64,000 nucleotides of DNA, taken from positions 1,792,001-1,856,000 of the forward strand of contig OZ240248.1 of the NCBI GenBank assembly GCA_965198235.1, given 5' to 3'. A model generated the notes under the pieces. That model worked only from the letters and a program-made list of their open reading frames with translations. It ran no database searches and was not told where the DNA came from. Of this stretch, positions 47,082-57,206 are shown in pieces (the stretch's first letter is position 1; every line of letters begins with the position of its first letter). The stretch comes from Candidatus Poribacteria bacterium. Its GTDB lineage: Bacteria > Poribacteria > WGA-4E > WGA-3G. The translations under genes were made by a program, and so were the position numbers.

Positions 47082-47194
47082 TGGAATATCAAACGCAATC
47101 GAGATTGAGTTGTTAATCGTATTGAAGACTGAATTAGCCATTTCGCTTTGAGGCAAGTTTTGGTTTGTCCGGCGCACTTTAGCGATTCTTCGCT

Positions 47195-47260
47195 CGTATC
47201 ATCTCTGCTCGCAAAGCGACACGTAAAAAAGTTAGACAATACGAGGAATTTAACCTATGA
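47195..47260 (+). pseudogene. 3' remnant of a BrnT toxin gene
   Basis: RIISARKATRKKVRQYEEFNL* is the typical BrnT C-terminus; ATGA overlap with the antitoxin. Confidence 0.7.
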
Positions 47261-47457
47261 AAGCAGAATATGACTTTTCAAAAGCGGAACGTGGTAAGTT
47301 CTACCAGCCAAAAGCTGTTTTTAATCTTCCCATCTATTTAGAGAAGGACATTGATGAATTCATGCGTAAACTCGCTGATGAGAAAGGTAAAGATGTTGAG
47401 GAAATGGTCAATGAATGGCTTCGCAGCGGTATGCAATTGATTCAAAGCGTTCAATGA
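47257..47457 (+). CDS. BrnA/CopG-like antitoxin (orphaned)
   Basis: 'MKAEYDFSKAERGKFY' N-terminus and RHH-like 'PIYLEKDI...VNEWLR'. Confidence 0.75.
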   Translation: MKAEYDFSKAERGKFYQPKAVFNLPIYLEKDIDEFMRKLADEKGKDVEEMVNEWLRSGMQLIQSVQ

Positions 47458-47564
47458 ATGCCCCAACTGATTCCTTTACTTTGAGGCAAACCTTGGGTTG
47501 TGGAAGCGTTTTTAGTAAACCCACGCCGAAACCCAATTTTTTGAAAGGAATGACTTGTTAAGCA

Positions 47565-48650
47565 ATGACACTTAAGGAACACATTGACGAGATAGGCACG
47601 GGTTTAGAAACAGGTCAATATGGAAATGAAGCAGCAGTTTCGCAAGGTATCGTGCTGAGGCTGCTTGATGCCTTGACCTGGCCAAGGTTCAATACTCAGG
47701 TTATCATCCCTGAATACTCGGTAGGCGGGCGGAGAGTAGATTTTGCTTTATGTCATCCTTCATCAAAGCCGATCATCTTCATTGAAGTCAAACAAGTTGG
47801 AAACATTGACGGAGCGGAGCAACAACTGTTTGAATACGCCTTTCATGAAGGCGTACCAATCGCTATTCTCACTGATGGCCGGGAATGGCGATTTTTTCAC
47901 CCAACCGCACAAGGAGATTATCGAGAACGTAAGGTATGTGAACTGAACTTGAGCGAAGGTAATAGTGAAGAAAATACTAAACGCCTTAAGAGATACTTGA
48001 ACTATGAATCAATACGCACAGGTGAAGCTGTTGAAGCAATCAAGGAGGATTATGAGAAGGTCGTTCAGCAAAGACAGGTTGCGACACGGTTACCAGAGGC
48101 GTGGAACAAATTGGTAAAGGAAGCAGATGAGTTTTTACTACATGCCGTAGCGGAGAAAACCGAAAGTTTGTGCGGGTATAGACCTACAGATAAACAAGTA
48201 TTAAGTTTTTTGAAAAGCCTAAAAAGAGAAACTGAGTTGAACAGGAAAGTATCTCCATCTCCTTTAGTTCAACAAGATCCGGCAAGAGGCGTTAGTACGA
48301 GAGGACAGACAACTTGGAAGCGTTCTCGACAACGGAGAGCAAAAACACCGTCACCACGTTTTATCGTTACCATGCCCGATGGTGAAGCAATAGAACGTCC
48401 TACCAAGCTAGATACTTTCGTTGAGGTCCTTCTGAAACTGATAGAAATGCTAGGAGAGGAACAGGTGATCGGTGCGGATGAAGAAGGTTCATGCGTATCA
48501 ACCGCTCCACTCCGCCCCGGGGTTCAGGGCCGCCGGTACGGCAACTATTTCATATCAACAAACCACGGTACAGAGGCGAAAAAAAGACTGCTTGATGGAA
48601 TTGCCTCAAATCTTGGTGTTCGACTGAAAATAGAAATAACTGATAAATAA
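47565..48650 (+). CDS. HsdR_N-like PD-(D/E)xK nuclease domain protein with C-terminal extension
   Basis: 'NEA..', 'PEY', 'RVDFAL', 'FIEVK', 'QLFEYA', 'ILTDGREWRFF'; no helicase, HsdM or HsdS nearby. Confidence 0.8.
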   Translation: MTLKEHIDEIGTGLETGQYGNEAAVSQGIVLRLLDALTWPRFNTQVIIPEYSVGGRRVDFALCHPSSKPIIFIEVKQVGNIDGAEQQLFEYAFHEGVPIAILTDGREWRFFHPTAQGDYRERKVCELNLSEGNSEENTKRLKRYLNYESIRTGEAVEAIKEDYEKVVQQRQVATRLPEAWNKLVKEADEFLLHAVAEKTESLCGYRPTDKQVLSFLKSLKRETELNRKVSPSPLVQQDPARGVSTRGQTTWKRSRQRRAKTPSPRFIVTMPDGEAIERPTKLDTFVEVLLKLIEMLGEEQVIGADEEGSCVSTAPLRPGVQGRRYGNYFISTNHGTEAKKRLLDGIASNLGVRLKIEITDK

Positions 48651-48719
48651 ATCGTGAGATTGGCAGAAATGTTATCCGTGTGTATTTACTAAATTTATCC
48701 TATCTGCGAGGATATAACG

Positions 48720-49799
48720 ATGAAGAAGACAAAAATACCCGAACAACGGCAAAGACCATCAGTGATCGACTGTGATGTGCATAACACCCTCGCTTCCGAG
48801 ATGGTGTTGTACCCCTATCTCTCCGAACGGTGGCGGAAACATCACGGTATGGTCGGTACAACCGATCGCGTCGGTGCATACATCCCACGCGCCCACCCCT
48901 TCGGTGCCAGATACGACGCGTGGACACCCTCCGGACACCGTCCCGGATCCGATCTTGATTTCCTACGTGAGCAGCTACTGGACGCATTCAACATCGAATA
49001 CGGCATCCTTAACTGCTTGACCCCGGTCTGTGAGATGCCCAATCTCGCGTTCGCCGCGGCATGGGCAAGTGCCGTGAACGACTGGCAGATCGAAGAGTGG
49101 CTTGAAAAAGAACCGAGACTCCGCGCCTCAATCATCGTCGCGTGCGACGACGCAGAGTTCACCACTGCGGAAATTGATCGGTTAGCAGACCATCCCGGAT
49201 TTGTGCAAATATTGCTGCTCGCTCGTACGATGGAACCTTTAGGAAGGCGTAAGTACTGGAAGATGTATGAAGCGGCAGTCCAGCATGACCTCCCTATTGG
49301 CATCCACTTCACCGGTGTCGGCGCGGGACCGATTACCGCTGTCGGTAGACCCTCACACTACATCGAAGACCACGCAGGAATGACACAGGCGTTTCAGACA
49401 CAGGTAACCAGTCTCGTTTGCGAAGGGGTCTTTGAACAATTCCCGACACTCAAGGTAATTCTAATTGAGGGCGGTTTCGCTTGGCTACCCCCGTTGATGT
49501 GGCGACTTGACCGGGCATGGAAAAAGCTACACGCTGAGGTACCTGAGCTGAAACGGTTGCCTTCTGAGTACATCCGGGAACACTTCTGGATTACAACGCA
49601 GCCGATTGAAGAACCCCCTAAACAGGAATACTTTGATCAACTCCTCGTACATCTAAACTTAGATGATAAGCTGATGTTCGCAACCGATTATCCGCACTGG
49701 GACTTCGATTCTCCCGAACAGGCACTTCCGAAGAACCTCGTACCGACTCTCAAACGTAAAATCATGGCAGAAAACGCTCGCGCCCTCTATCGGTTTTAA
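48720..49799 (+). CDS. Amidohydrolase 2 family protein
   Basis: 'VIDCDVH', 'IGIH', 'IEGG', 'ATDYPHWDFD'. Confidence 0.9.
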   Translation: MKKTKIPEQRQRPSVIDCDVHNTLASEMVLYPYLSERWRKHHGMVGTTDRVGAYIPRAHPFGARYDAWTPSGHRPGSDLDFLREQLLDAFNIEYGILNCLTPVCEMPNLAFAAAWASAVNDWQIEEWLEKEPRLRASIIVACDDAEFTTAEIDRLADHPGFVQILLLARTMEPLGRRKYWKMYEAAVQHDLPIGIHFTGVGAGPITAVGRPSHYIEDHAGMTQAFQTQVTSLVCEGVFEQFPTLKVILIEGGFAWLPPLMWRLDRAWKKLHAEVPELKRLPSEYIREHFWITTQPIEEPPKQEYFDQLLVHLNLDDKLMFATDYPHWDFDSPEQALPKNLVPTLKRKIMAENARALYRF

Positions 49800-49813
49800 A
49801 ACGCAGAAGGTTA

Positions 49814-50629
49814 TCAGATTGTAACGACGTGTGGGACTTCCTCAAACTGCAGATTATGCGCTGCTGCCCACTGCACCGCTGCACCCCCGCCGCCACCGAG
49901 GAACTGCGTGCCAAGGTCATCAAGGTTCTTCACCACCTTCTCTTCAGGTTGCAGTTTGTCGTTGTAATACAGCAGATAATTCTCCGGCTTGAGCCATGCG
50001 TAGTGGTATCCGTAGATAACGACTTTAGCGATATTCTCCGTAAAGTTGGCACCGGCGGTATGATAGATACGGTTTTCAAAGAAAAACGCATCGCCTGCAC
50101 GCAAGACAGGTTCATCATAAGGTTCAATCGGATCAATTTTGCCTTCAGGGATACCCAACGGTTCACCTGATACATGGCTTTTTGGAACAAACAGCGTCCC
50201 ACCGGAGTTCTGCACAGTGAAATCCGTCAAGCAGTACCCTACCTTCAAACCGACGCGTGGACAATTCTTGTGTCCGAGGTCTAAGAACAAGCCAGCATCT
50301 CGATGCCACCCACGGCTTTCTGGCTCCTCAGGGGGTTGCGGATGTTTGTAGATGAGCGCGGTATTCGTGATATGGATATTTGTGCCAAGCAGTTGGATGA
50401 CCAAGGGAATCGCTTTTGTCTGTGATGTTAACTCCGCGAAGACAGGCTCCTGCACTAAACCGTCTCGTTTGTGCGCATAGTAGCCGTTATACTCAAACGA
50501 TGCCATAAGCTGGTCTCCTGCCTCAGTCAAACGATCTATCATGTCGCTGTCAAGTACCGACCGCACGATGAAGTATCCGTTCTCCTCAAATTCCTCACGT
50601 TGTGCATCTGTCAACTGGACGAATTCCAT
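49814..50629 (-). CDS. Phytanoyl-CoA dioxygenase (PhyH) family protein, close paralogue of 31363..32211
   Basis: 'WHRD', 'PRVGLKVGYCLTDF', 'IYHTAG'. Confidence 0.9.
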   Translation of the reverse strand: MEFVQLTDAQREEFEENGYFIVRSVLDSDMIDRLTEAGDQLMASFEYNGYYAHKRDGLVQEPVFAELTSQTKAIPLVIQLLGTNIHITNTALIYKHPQPPEEPESRGWHRDAGLFLDLGHKNCPRVGLKVGYCLTDFTVQNSGGTLFVPKSHVSGEPLGIPEGKIDPIEPYDEPVLRAGDAFFFENRIYHTAGANFTENIAKVVIYGYHYAWLKPENYLLYYNDKLQPEEKVVKNLDDLGTQFLGGGGGAAVQWAAAHNLQFEEVPHVVTI

Positions 50630-50699
50630 GCGTATGCTCCTTTGTCACCTTAAAAAATCGGGGTGAATAGGAATGTCTGAATATGGTAACATAAATTGA

Positions 50700-50800
50700 A
50701 ACTGCTGTCTACTGATACCCTTCTACTGTAGGAGGGATCTCCGAATCCCGGCGCTTTCTAATAACTGATAACTAACCACTGACTGCTGATTGCTGACAGC
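50700..50800. repeat. Family A right arm plus a GTAG-footed hairpin
   Basis: gtaggagggatctccgaatccc; ctgataactaaccactgactgctgattgctgacagc. Confidence 0.55.
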
Positions 50801-50826
50801 TACACTTTCAAGGACAAACAAAAAAC

Positions 50827-51291
50827 ATGATTCACGTTTCACATCTCACGAAAAAATACGGAGCGACCCCGGCAGTGGACGACATCAGCTTCGACATTCA
50901 ACAGGGTGAAATCGTCGGCTATCTCGGTCCCAATGGAGCAGGAAAAAGTACAACCCTTAAAATGCTCGTTGGTTTGTTGCAACCGACATCTGGCGAAATC
51001 TCAGTAGCGGGATACAATGCCGCAACCGAGCTGCTTGAACTCAAGCAGCACATCGGATACGTTCCAGAAGAAGCGCAACTCTACGAACACCTCACTTTGG
51101 TGGAACACCTACAATTAATGGGCAGACTCTATCACGTAGAAGAAGGGTTAATCACGCAGAAAATAAAAGATCTGACGAGACTGTTCGATATGGAAGCACA
51201 GGCAAACCAAAGGATAAGCGGCTTCTCACAAGGTATGCGCCAAAAGGGTCTCATTATGTCTGCCCTGCTGCACAACCCCGATGTCCTCTAA
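50827..51291 (+). pseudogene. ABC transporter ATP-binding protein truncated before Walker B
   Basis: Walker A 'GPNGAGKST', signature 'FSQGMRQK'; ends at 'LLHNPDVL*' with no LDEP or H-loop. Confidence 0.85.
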
Positions 51292-51311
51292 ACGCGTCTC
51301 CAAAAGATGAC

Positions 51312-51456
51312 GAGTGAAACCCAACGTATTCTCATAACCCTAGCGTCTAAGTCGTTGGGTTTCGCTATCTCTATCTACACAAAATAGATCATCGAAAATC
51401 GGGCTTCCCCCTACAAACTGGCGCGTTCTGAGTCTTTATCGCTCTACCCAACCTAC
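51312..51456 (-). repeat. GTAG REP-like element between two truncated genes
   Basis: gagtgaaacccaacg...cgttgggtttcgct...ctctacccaacctac. Confidence 0.7.
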
Positions 51457-51490
51457 GGCCACCTGTGCATTTTTATTACCGAACTCACGT

Positions 51491-52294
51491 TACATAGATG
51501 CGTTCGCCGGTACTGGGTACCGCGAATTGATACACGATGGGAATGCAGATGAGTTGTTGCTTCCTGAACTCGTTTCTCAAGAGGTAGCGAACTTCCGGTA
51601 CGGTTCAGCACGTAAGGCTTTAGAAGTAGAACCGCCGTTTGGGAAATACGTTTTCATAGAGAAAAACGCGAATAGGTATGCAGAGCTAAAGAAACTCAAA
51701 GAAAAGTTTTTGCTCAAGGACGGGTTTTCAGATGATATGATTGAGTGCGTAAATAGGGACGCGAACGAACATCTGAAAGATTTATGTGGAAAGAACTGTC
51801 ACTCCCATCGGGCTTTGGTGTTTTTTGATCCTTATGGAATGCAAGTAGGGTGGGCAACTATTGAGTCTATCGCTCAAACCCAAGCTATTGACTTGTGGAT
51901 TTTATTCCCACTTGGTACTGTAAACCGATTGCTGAAAAGGAATGGAGAAATTCGACCTTCTCTACGAGAGAGACTTGACCTGTTTTTTGGTGAACCTGAC
52001 TGGTACGACGTGTTCTATCAATTAGCTGAGCAAATCTCATTCTTTGATGAAGAACAATGGCAAAAAACGGGAAATATTTTTACGGCGATTGAGCGATATT
52101 TCGTTGAGCGGCTACAAGGAATATTTAAAGGCGTGGCTACTAATCCGCTTCCTTTGCGTAATTCAAAAAATGTTCCGTTGTATCTCCTATGCTTCGCTGC
52201 AGGAAACCAAAGAGGTGCCCCGGTAGCAGTCAAGATTGCCCAAGAAATCTTAGAAGGGATGCGAAACCCGTCACAACTGACGCTCTTAGGTTAA
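51491..52294 (+). pseudogene. tcmP: Three-Cys-motif partner protein (TcmP, methyltransferase-like), 5'-truncated
   Basis: In-frame 'YIDAFAGTG' at 51491 upstream of the ORF-track start; 'GSARKAL', 'FFDPYG', 'IDLWILFP', 'PLYLLCFA'; no start codon for the missing N-terminus. Confidence 0.75.
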
Positions 52295-52305
52295 GAGGTG
52301 AACCA

Positions 52306-53046
52306 ATGGCAACCCAATCCTCAAAAATCGAGTGGACAGAATCTACGTGGAATCCTGTGCGCGGTTGCACCCGTGTATCAGAGGGCTGTCGATTCTGTTA
52401 CGCAGAGCGGATAGCGGCACGATTTTCGGGCAAAGGTATGGCTTATGAAGGCTTGGCTGAGAATACTAAAGCAGGACCGCGGTGGACACAACAAGTACTC
52501 CCTGTTCCGGAACTGCTTAATGAACCGCTAAAGTGGAAAAAGTCTCGTCGAATCTTCGTCAACTCCATGAGCGATCTGTTCCATGAAAAGATCGAATTGG
52601 CTTATATTCAAAAGGTCTTTTCTGTGATGGAAAGGGCGCATTGGCACGAATTCCAGGTCTTGACGAAACGGGCGGAGCGACTACTGAAATGCAGTCCGAA
52701 GTTGCCATGGCCATCAAATGTCTGGATGGGAGTCAGCGTTGAAGACCATCGCGTGACGCATCGAATTGATGCGCTCAGACAAACCGGCGCGCAGATCAAA
52801 TTTCTCTCACTGGAACCGCTACTTGGTGCCCTCCCAAATTTGGCGTTGGAGGGAATAGACTGGGTCATTGTGGGAGGCGAGTCCGGTCCCGGCGCACGCG
52901 AAATGCAGAAGAAGTGGGTTATCGACATCCGAGACCAATGTGCGGATGCCAAAGTGCCATTTTTCTTTAAACAGTGGGGAGGTAAACGCAAATCAAAAAC
53001 TGGGCGGGAGTTGGACGGGCAGACTTACGACGAGATGCCGGTCTGA
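52306..53046 (+). CDS. DUF5131 / phage Gp37Gp68 family radical-SAM-like protein
   Basis: 'IEWTESTWNPVRGCTRVSEGCRFCYAE', 'FVNSMSDLFH', 'LTKR', 'WVIVGGESG', 'FFFKQWGG'; GAGG RBS before ATG 52306. Confidence 0.92.
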   Translation: MATQSSKIEWTESTWNPVRGCTRVSEGCRFCYAERIAARFSGKGMAYEGLAENTKAGPRWTQQVLPVPELLNEPLKWKKSRRIFVNSMSDLFHEKIELAYIQKVFSVMERAHWHEFQVLTKRAERLLKCSPKLPWPSNVWMGVSVEDHRVTHRIDALRQTGAQIKFLSLEPLLGALPNLALEGIDWVIVGGESGPGAREMQKKWVIDIRDQCADAKVPFFFKQWGGKRKSKTGRELDGQTYDEMPV

Positions 53047-53082
53047 ATCTCTCGTCAAATCCGGCATCTTGAAACTTTAACC

Positions 53083-53547
53083 TCAAACTCTTGGTAAATC
53101 GTCTGCGAGCAAAGCCTCAGAAACAGATTTCTTCGCCGCCTCGCGTTCCGGGCGTTCAATATGAAAATGACGGAACCATTCTTTAAAATCTTCATCAAGA
53201 AAATTGCCGTCATATTCTTCCTTGAACTGATCGTGGCACTCTTCCATATAGACACGTAGATAGCCATTGGCGCGTTCAAGTGCTTTCCAATCAAAGATAT
53301 TTGAGGGCATCTCAACAGTCCCACCCTCGAGCATATTACTTCGCATCTTCAGGTAGTAAGAATACCGAGTGCTCATCATAAGATTAATGAGTTTGTCTAA
53401 GATTTTTGAAGGAATCTGTACCACTTTACCTTTCGATAAGCTATGCCGAATGCCGATTTCCTTTTCCAAGTCTCGATTAAGCATAAATCCAACGATAACA
53501 TCAAAGATTTTATCTAACATTTTTGTGAGTCCTTTATCGTGTAGCAA
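53083..53547 (-). CDS. Hypothetical helical protein
   Basis: Clean 145-154 aa ORF filling the gap; no motif recognised. Confidence 0.55.
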   Translation of the reverse strand: MLHDKGLTKMLDKIFDVIVGFMLNRDLEKEIGIRHSLSKGKVVQIPSKILDKLINLMMSTRYSYYLKMRSNMLEGGTVEMPSNIFDWKALERANGYLRVYMEECHDQFKEEYDGNFLDEDFKEWFRHFHIERPEREAAKKSVSEALLADDLPRV

Positions 53548-53761
53548 ATTATAAATATAACACCCACTCGGGTTTGGTTTGTGCTAATTCGTATGTAGCG
53601 GAAAAAATTCTAACATTAATGTGCAAACGCGTCAAGGGAAAAAATTAAATCCGTCCAGCAATCTGAAATCGGAGTATTCCGCTGTAGTAACAATATCCAA
53701 ATCACGACCCATCATTTAGGACCACTTGAAAACCTAAAACCGAATAGCCATGGAATTTAGA

Positions 53762-53790
53762 TTGCATTACAATCCAAATTCTGTTATAGT
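53762..53790 (+). promoter_or_regulatory. Sigma70 promoter placing +1 at the ZIP start codon (leaderless)
   Basis: TTGCAT-N17-TATAGT with TG; ATG begins 7 nt after the -10. Confidence 0.55.
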
Positions 53791-53796
53791 TATACT

Positions 53797-54543
53797 ATGC
53801 TTATATTCTATCTGGCAATTGCGGTGGCGACGGTCCCACTCGGAGCGGGAATCGCTTTTGTTTCGCGGGGGCAGCAAAAACATTTCGGGCTCATTTTTGG
53901 ATTGACGGCGGGCGCAGTACTCGGCATCGTTTTGATTATGATGATGCATCTTTACGCCGAGGTAGGTTACACCACAATTCTTGTGGTGTGGTGTGGGTTT
54001 CTTCTAATTTCAGCGGTAGAGCGTTTCACAACACATCAAAACGGGGACACTGAGAAGCACACGAACAATAAAAACAAAAGATGGGGCATCAACTTAACTG
54101 TTCTCGGACTATCGCTTCACTCGTTGGCAGATGGGCTGAATTTGGTTATCGCCGCGAAAGAGGAGATGCTCGGTGGAGCACTTGCGTTCGGCATATTGAT
54201 CCATCGCCTACCAGTTGGGACGCTTATCACCGTTGCGCTCCTCCGGAATCAAACTTTTGGTAAGGCACTGATTCGGCTGACACCGCTGATACTTGGACCG
54301 GTTATTGGAGCAGCACTGGGGGAGCAGCTACTCCGCGGGGCTTTCAGTGAATTGACAGACTACCTCACAGCATTCGCTGTCGGTACGCTTTTGCACGTCG
54401 TGATGGATGGGTTTCGTGGTAACTATACCGTCGAGAAAACAGGCTTGAGTCATTTTGCCAAAGTGCTTTTTGTCATCGGATTCGTCTTGACCTTTTGCGT
54501 TATCTATTTCTTTCAGGGATATGAGGGTGAACATCTTCATTAA
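53797..54543 (+). CDS. ZIP family metal transporter-like protein
   Basis: About 8 TM helices; 'GLSLHSLADG', 'ILIHRLP', 'GTLLHV'. Confidence 0.8.
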   Translation: MLIFYLAIAVATVPLGAGIAFVSRGQQKHFGLIFGLTAGAVLGIVLIMMMHLYAEVGYTTILVVWCGFLLISAVERFTTHQNGDTEKHTNNKNKRWGINLTVLGLSLHSLADGLNLVIAAKEEMLGGALAFGILIHRLPVGTLITVALLRNQTFGKALIRLTPLILGPVIGAALGEQLLRGAFSELTDYLTAFAVGTLLHVVMDGFRGNYTVEKTGLSHFAKVLFVIGFVLTFCVIYFFQGYEGEHLH

Positions 54544-54545
54544 AT

Positions 54546-54733
54546 GGCTATCGGCGGGAATAGCGGCCAGCGGTCAGCAGTCAGCTGTCCGGAAAACAGC
54601 GGTCAGCAGCCAGCAAAATAACCATCAGCAGTCAGCAGTCGGCTTTCAGTGGGTGCCCCTTTGGTTTTCTGAAACTCTCAAACTAAACAGGGAACTGACG
54701 GTCTTTAGAAAAGCCTCTTTGCTGATGGCTATC
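54546..54733. repeat. Family A intergenic element
   Basis: cagcggtcagcagtcagc...catcagcagtcagcagtcggc...cctctttgctgatggct. Confidence 0.75.
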
Positions 54734-57187
54734 TTCTGCCTTGTAGTGTTCGTCCTGCCAGCGAGGAGTAATCAAATTCCGATTGCGGTATCCGGTAAAC
54801 CGAGAGCAACACTTCAGGTTGGCGCAAACGTCTCGGAACAGGAGCAGTTCGCAGCCGCCGAAATCCAATCCTTTATCCAACAATTCACAGGTGCCAAACT
54901 CGACATCCGTACCAATCGTCAACAAACGGAAACACAAACGGTGATTGTGCTTGGCACCCCAAGGTCGAATCCAACGATTGCAGGATTACAGGCGAACGTA
55001 GAACTGAGATTGGCAAAAGAACTTGGAGACGAAGGCTATCGTATCAAAACAGTAGAGGTCGGCACAGAGATCGTCATTATTGTGACGGCGCACACCGAGA
55101 GGGGCGTGGTTTATGGCGCGTATGCCTTCATTGAAAACTGTATTACGGCGTTGACGGGTCTGAAACCCGTACATCCAGAGTTACCAGTTGCCAAAGCACA
55201 AGCGCTGCTCGTGCCGTTCATGAACGAAACCTCATCACCTTTTTATCCCGTGCGTGCTGTGTTGGAGATAGAAGATCCCGACTGGCTCTCACGACACCGT
55301 ATCAACATGAGTGGCGGCGAAGGCGTTTGGACAGGCACGGGTATTGAAGATGGGTTCGGAACGGCGTTTAAATATGTCGACACGCCTGCGTTTGAAGCCC
55401 TGCAGGATGAGCCGGTGAGACAGCGGCGAGAACGCGTCGCAACGCTACAAAATCGGTTTAATGCGCTCGAACGGCGCGGCATTGATGCTTATCTTTTCAT
55501 GTACGTGACTGGCGAACCGACAGAGGCATTGATTCAACAGCGTCCCGATGTCCTTGGACCGGCGGTGCTTTACGGGGCATCTCGGAATGAAGTATCTTAT
55601 CGACCCTTCTGTTGGTCTAAACCCGCGTTTCATACGCTCGCAAAGGATTTGACACAAACGATCGTCCGTACCTACCCTGCACTTGCCGGTTTTCATCTAC
55701 GCTCTTGGGGGCATGAGACGCGCGCCTGCGATTGTCCTGACTGTGGTGATAGGACGGAACAGGGACAAGCAAAACTTTGGCAAGTCTACTTTACAATTAT
55801 CAACGCCGCGCGGGAGGTGCGTCCGGACTTCAAATTTTATATCTCTGGGTATGACAGCAGTTGGCTCAAGGATGCAGCAGGCGTTTATGCCCAGCAGCTG
55901 CCGAAAGGAACTATTTTCTCGCGAAAATGGGGCGCAGATGGCGAACCCGTCGTGAGTGCAGGCGTGCCTATCCCACAAGTCAGAGCACTCGGAGAAATCG
56001 GGCATCGCTTTATAGTCCTTTCGCATGAAGTAGAGGAGGTCATGCCGTTCTGGATGATCGAGAGCGATCTGTTCGTGCAAGGTGTTCGGCAACTTGCCAA
56101 TAACCCTGAAGTCGTCGGTCTCGGTGGCTTTACTGTCCAAGGCGCAACACAAGGGTTGGGATACCTCGATCGGCTTGTCAGTGCAAGCCTCAATTGGGAT
56201 ATCAACCTTGACCATTATCAACTCCTTCAAAACGAGTTGATAGCCCGATACGGTGCCGAAGCCGCACCACATATTCTAAACGCCTTGCGGGTAAACGGAT
56301 GGAACATGGCAAGTTATTTCACAGATTACGCTGGATCCTTGACCGTAGGCGGTACATACGGCAGCGGATCCGCAGGACTCGCAACGCGATTCTGGACCTT
56401 GATTGGACCGCGGGCTGTTGAAGATACGTTGGCTATCCCGGAACTGGACATCGCGAAACTCGCCGTGAACCGGTTCACCGCACTTTTGGCACCACAACAG
56501 CAGGCTGCCAACGAGATACGGGTAGCAAGTGAGATCGCAGAGCCATTTGATCTGGAAGCAACCGAAGATTTACGCGATGCCATTTACTTGATGGAACTGT
56601 GGGTACTGCTCTTTGAAAGTCGAGCCAAATTGGTAGAGGCGATAGCACTCGGCTACGAGCCAGGTACGGAAGAGGCAATCCGTGCGAAGTTAACGAGCGC
56701 GATAGAATTTTCAAAGTCCATACAACCACATATCAAAGGGATTGAGGAATTTATCCCACTCTTCGGATATTCGCATCGGACGATTGAAGCGGAGTTGTTG
56801 AGTGCCTTAAACGCAGAAGTCGCTTGGTTAACGAGTTTCGATTATAAAATGCTCCAGAAACACGACGAGGGCTTCTCACCAGAGGAAACTCCTTTCCGAA
56901 TCTGGGATGTTCACAACTACCCGAATCCTCTGAAACAAGAAACAACATTTACCTATCATTTATCGTTGGATGCAGATGAAGTCTCTATTACAATTTACGC
57001 CACATCCGGACGGGTAGTCAACGTCTTGAAAGGGGCTTCGGGAAACGAAGGCTACAACGAGTTTATGTGGGATGCACGAGACGCTGACGGTATACTGCTT
57101 GCCAATGGTGTCTATTTTTTCAGAATACGCGCTGTCGCTGGAGACCAGACAGCACAGACATTCGGACGCTTGGCAGTGTTACGGTGA
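54725..57187 (+). CDS. Secreted glycoside-hydrolase-like protein (GH20/67/115-type N-terminal domain) with C-terminal FlgD-Ig/T9SS-like domain
   Basis: 'FAAAEIQSFIQQFTGAKL', 'LGDEGYRI', 'RGVVYGAY', 'CDCPDC'; 'NYPNP...WDARD...LANGVYFFRI'; ORF-track N-terminus is repeat DNA. Confidence 0.7.
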   Translation: MAIFCLVVFVLPARSNQIPIAVSGKPRATLQVGANVSEQEQFAAAEIQSFIQQFTGAKLDIRTNRQQTETQTVIVLGTPRSNPTIAGLQANVELRLAKELGDEGYRIKTVEVGTEIVIIVTAHTERGVVYGAYAFIENCITALTGLKPVHPELPVAKAQALLVPFMNETSSPFYPVRAVLEIEDPDWLSRHRINMSGGEGVWTGTGIEDGFGTAFKYVDTPAFEALQDEPVRQRRERVATLQNRFNALERRGIDAYLFMYVTGEPTEALIQQRPDVLGPAVLYGASRNEVSYRPFCWSKPAFHTLAKDLTQTIVRTYPALAGFHLRSWGHETRACDCPDCGDRTEQGQAKLWQVYFTIINAAREVRPDFKFYISGYDSSWLKDAAGVYAQQLPKGTIFSRKWGADGEPVVSAGVPIPQVRALGEIGHRFIVLSHEVEEVMPFWMIESDLFVQGVRQLANNPEVVGLGGFTVQGATQGLGYLDRLVSASLNWDINLDHYQLLQNELIARYGAEAAPHILNALRVNGWNMASYFTDYAGSLTVGGTYGSGSAGLATRFWTLIGPRAVEDTLAIPELDIAKLAVNRFTALLAPQQQAANEIRVASEIAEPFDLEATEDLRDAIYLMELWVLLFESRAKLVEAIALGYEPGTEEAIRAKLTSAIEFSKSIQPHIKGIEEFIPLFGYSHRTIEAELLSALNAEVAWLTSFDYKMLQKHDEGFSPEETPFRIWDVHNYPNPLKQETTFTYHLSLDADEVSITIYATSGRVVNVLKGASGNEGYNEFMWDARDADGILLANGVYFFRIRAVAGDQTAQTFGRLAVLR

Positions 57188-57206
57188 AACGAAAAGGAGG
57201 GTAAAG

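Noticed and set aside
54521-54724. N-terminal ORF extensions at 6435, 19524, 24441, 33660, 54521 and 59611
   Set aside because: They translate intergenic repeats (e.g. KLCLxWHNLxLLYIW appears in both 33660 and 59611); downstream starts fit better
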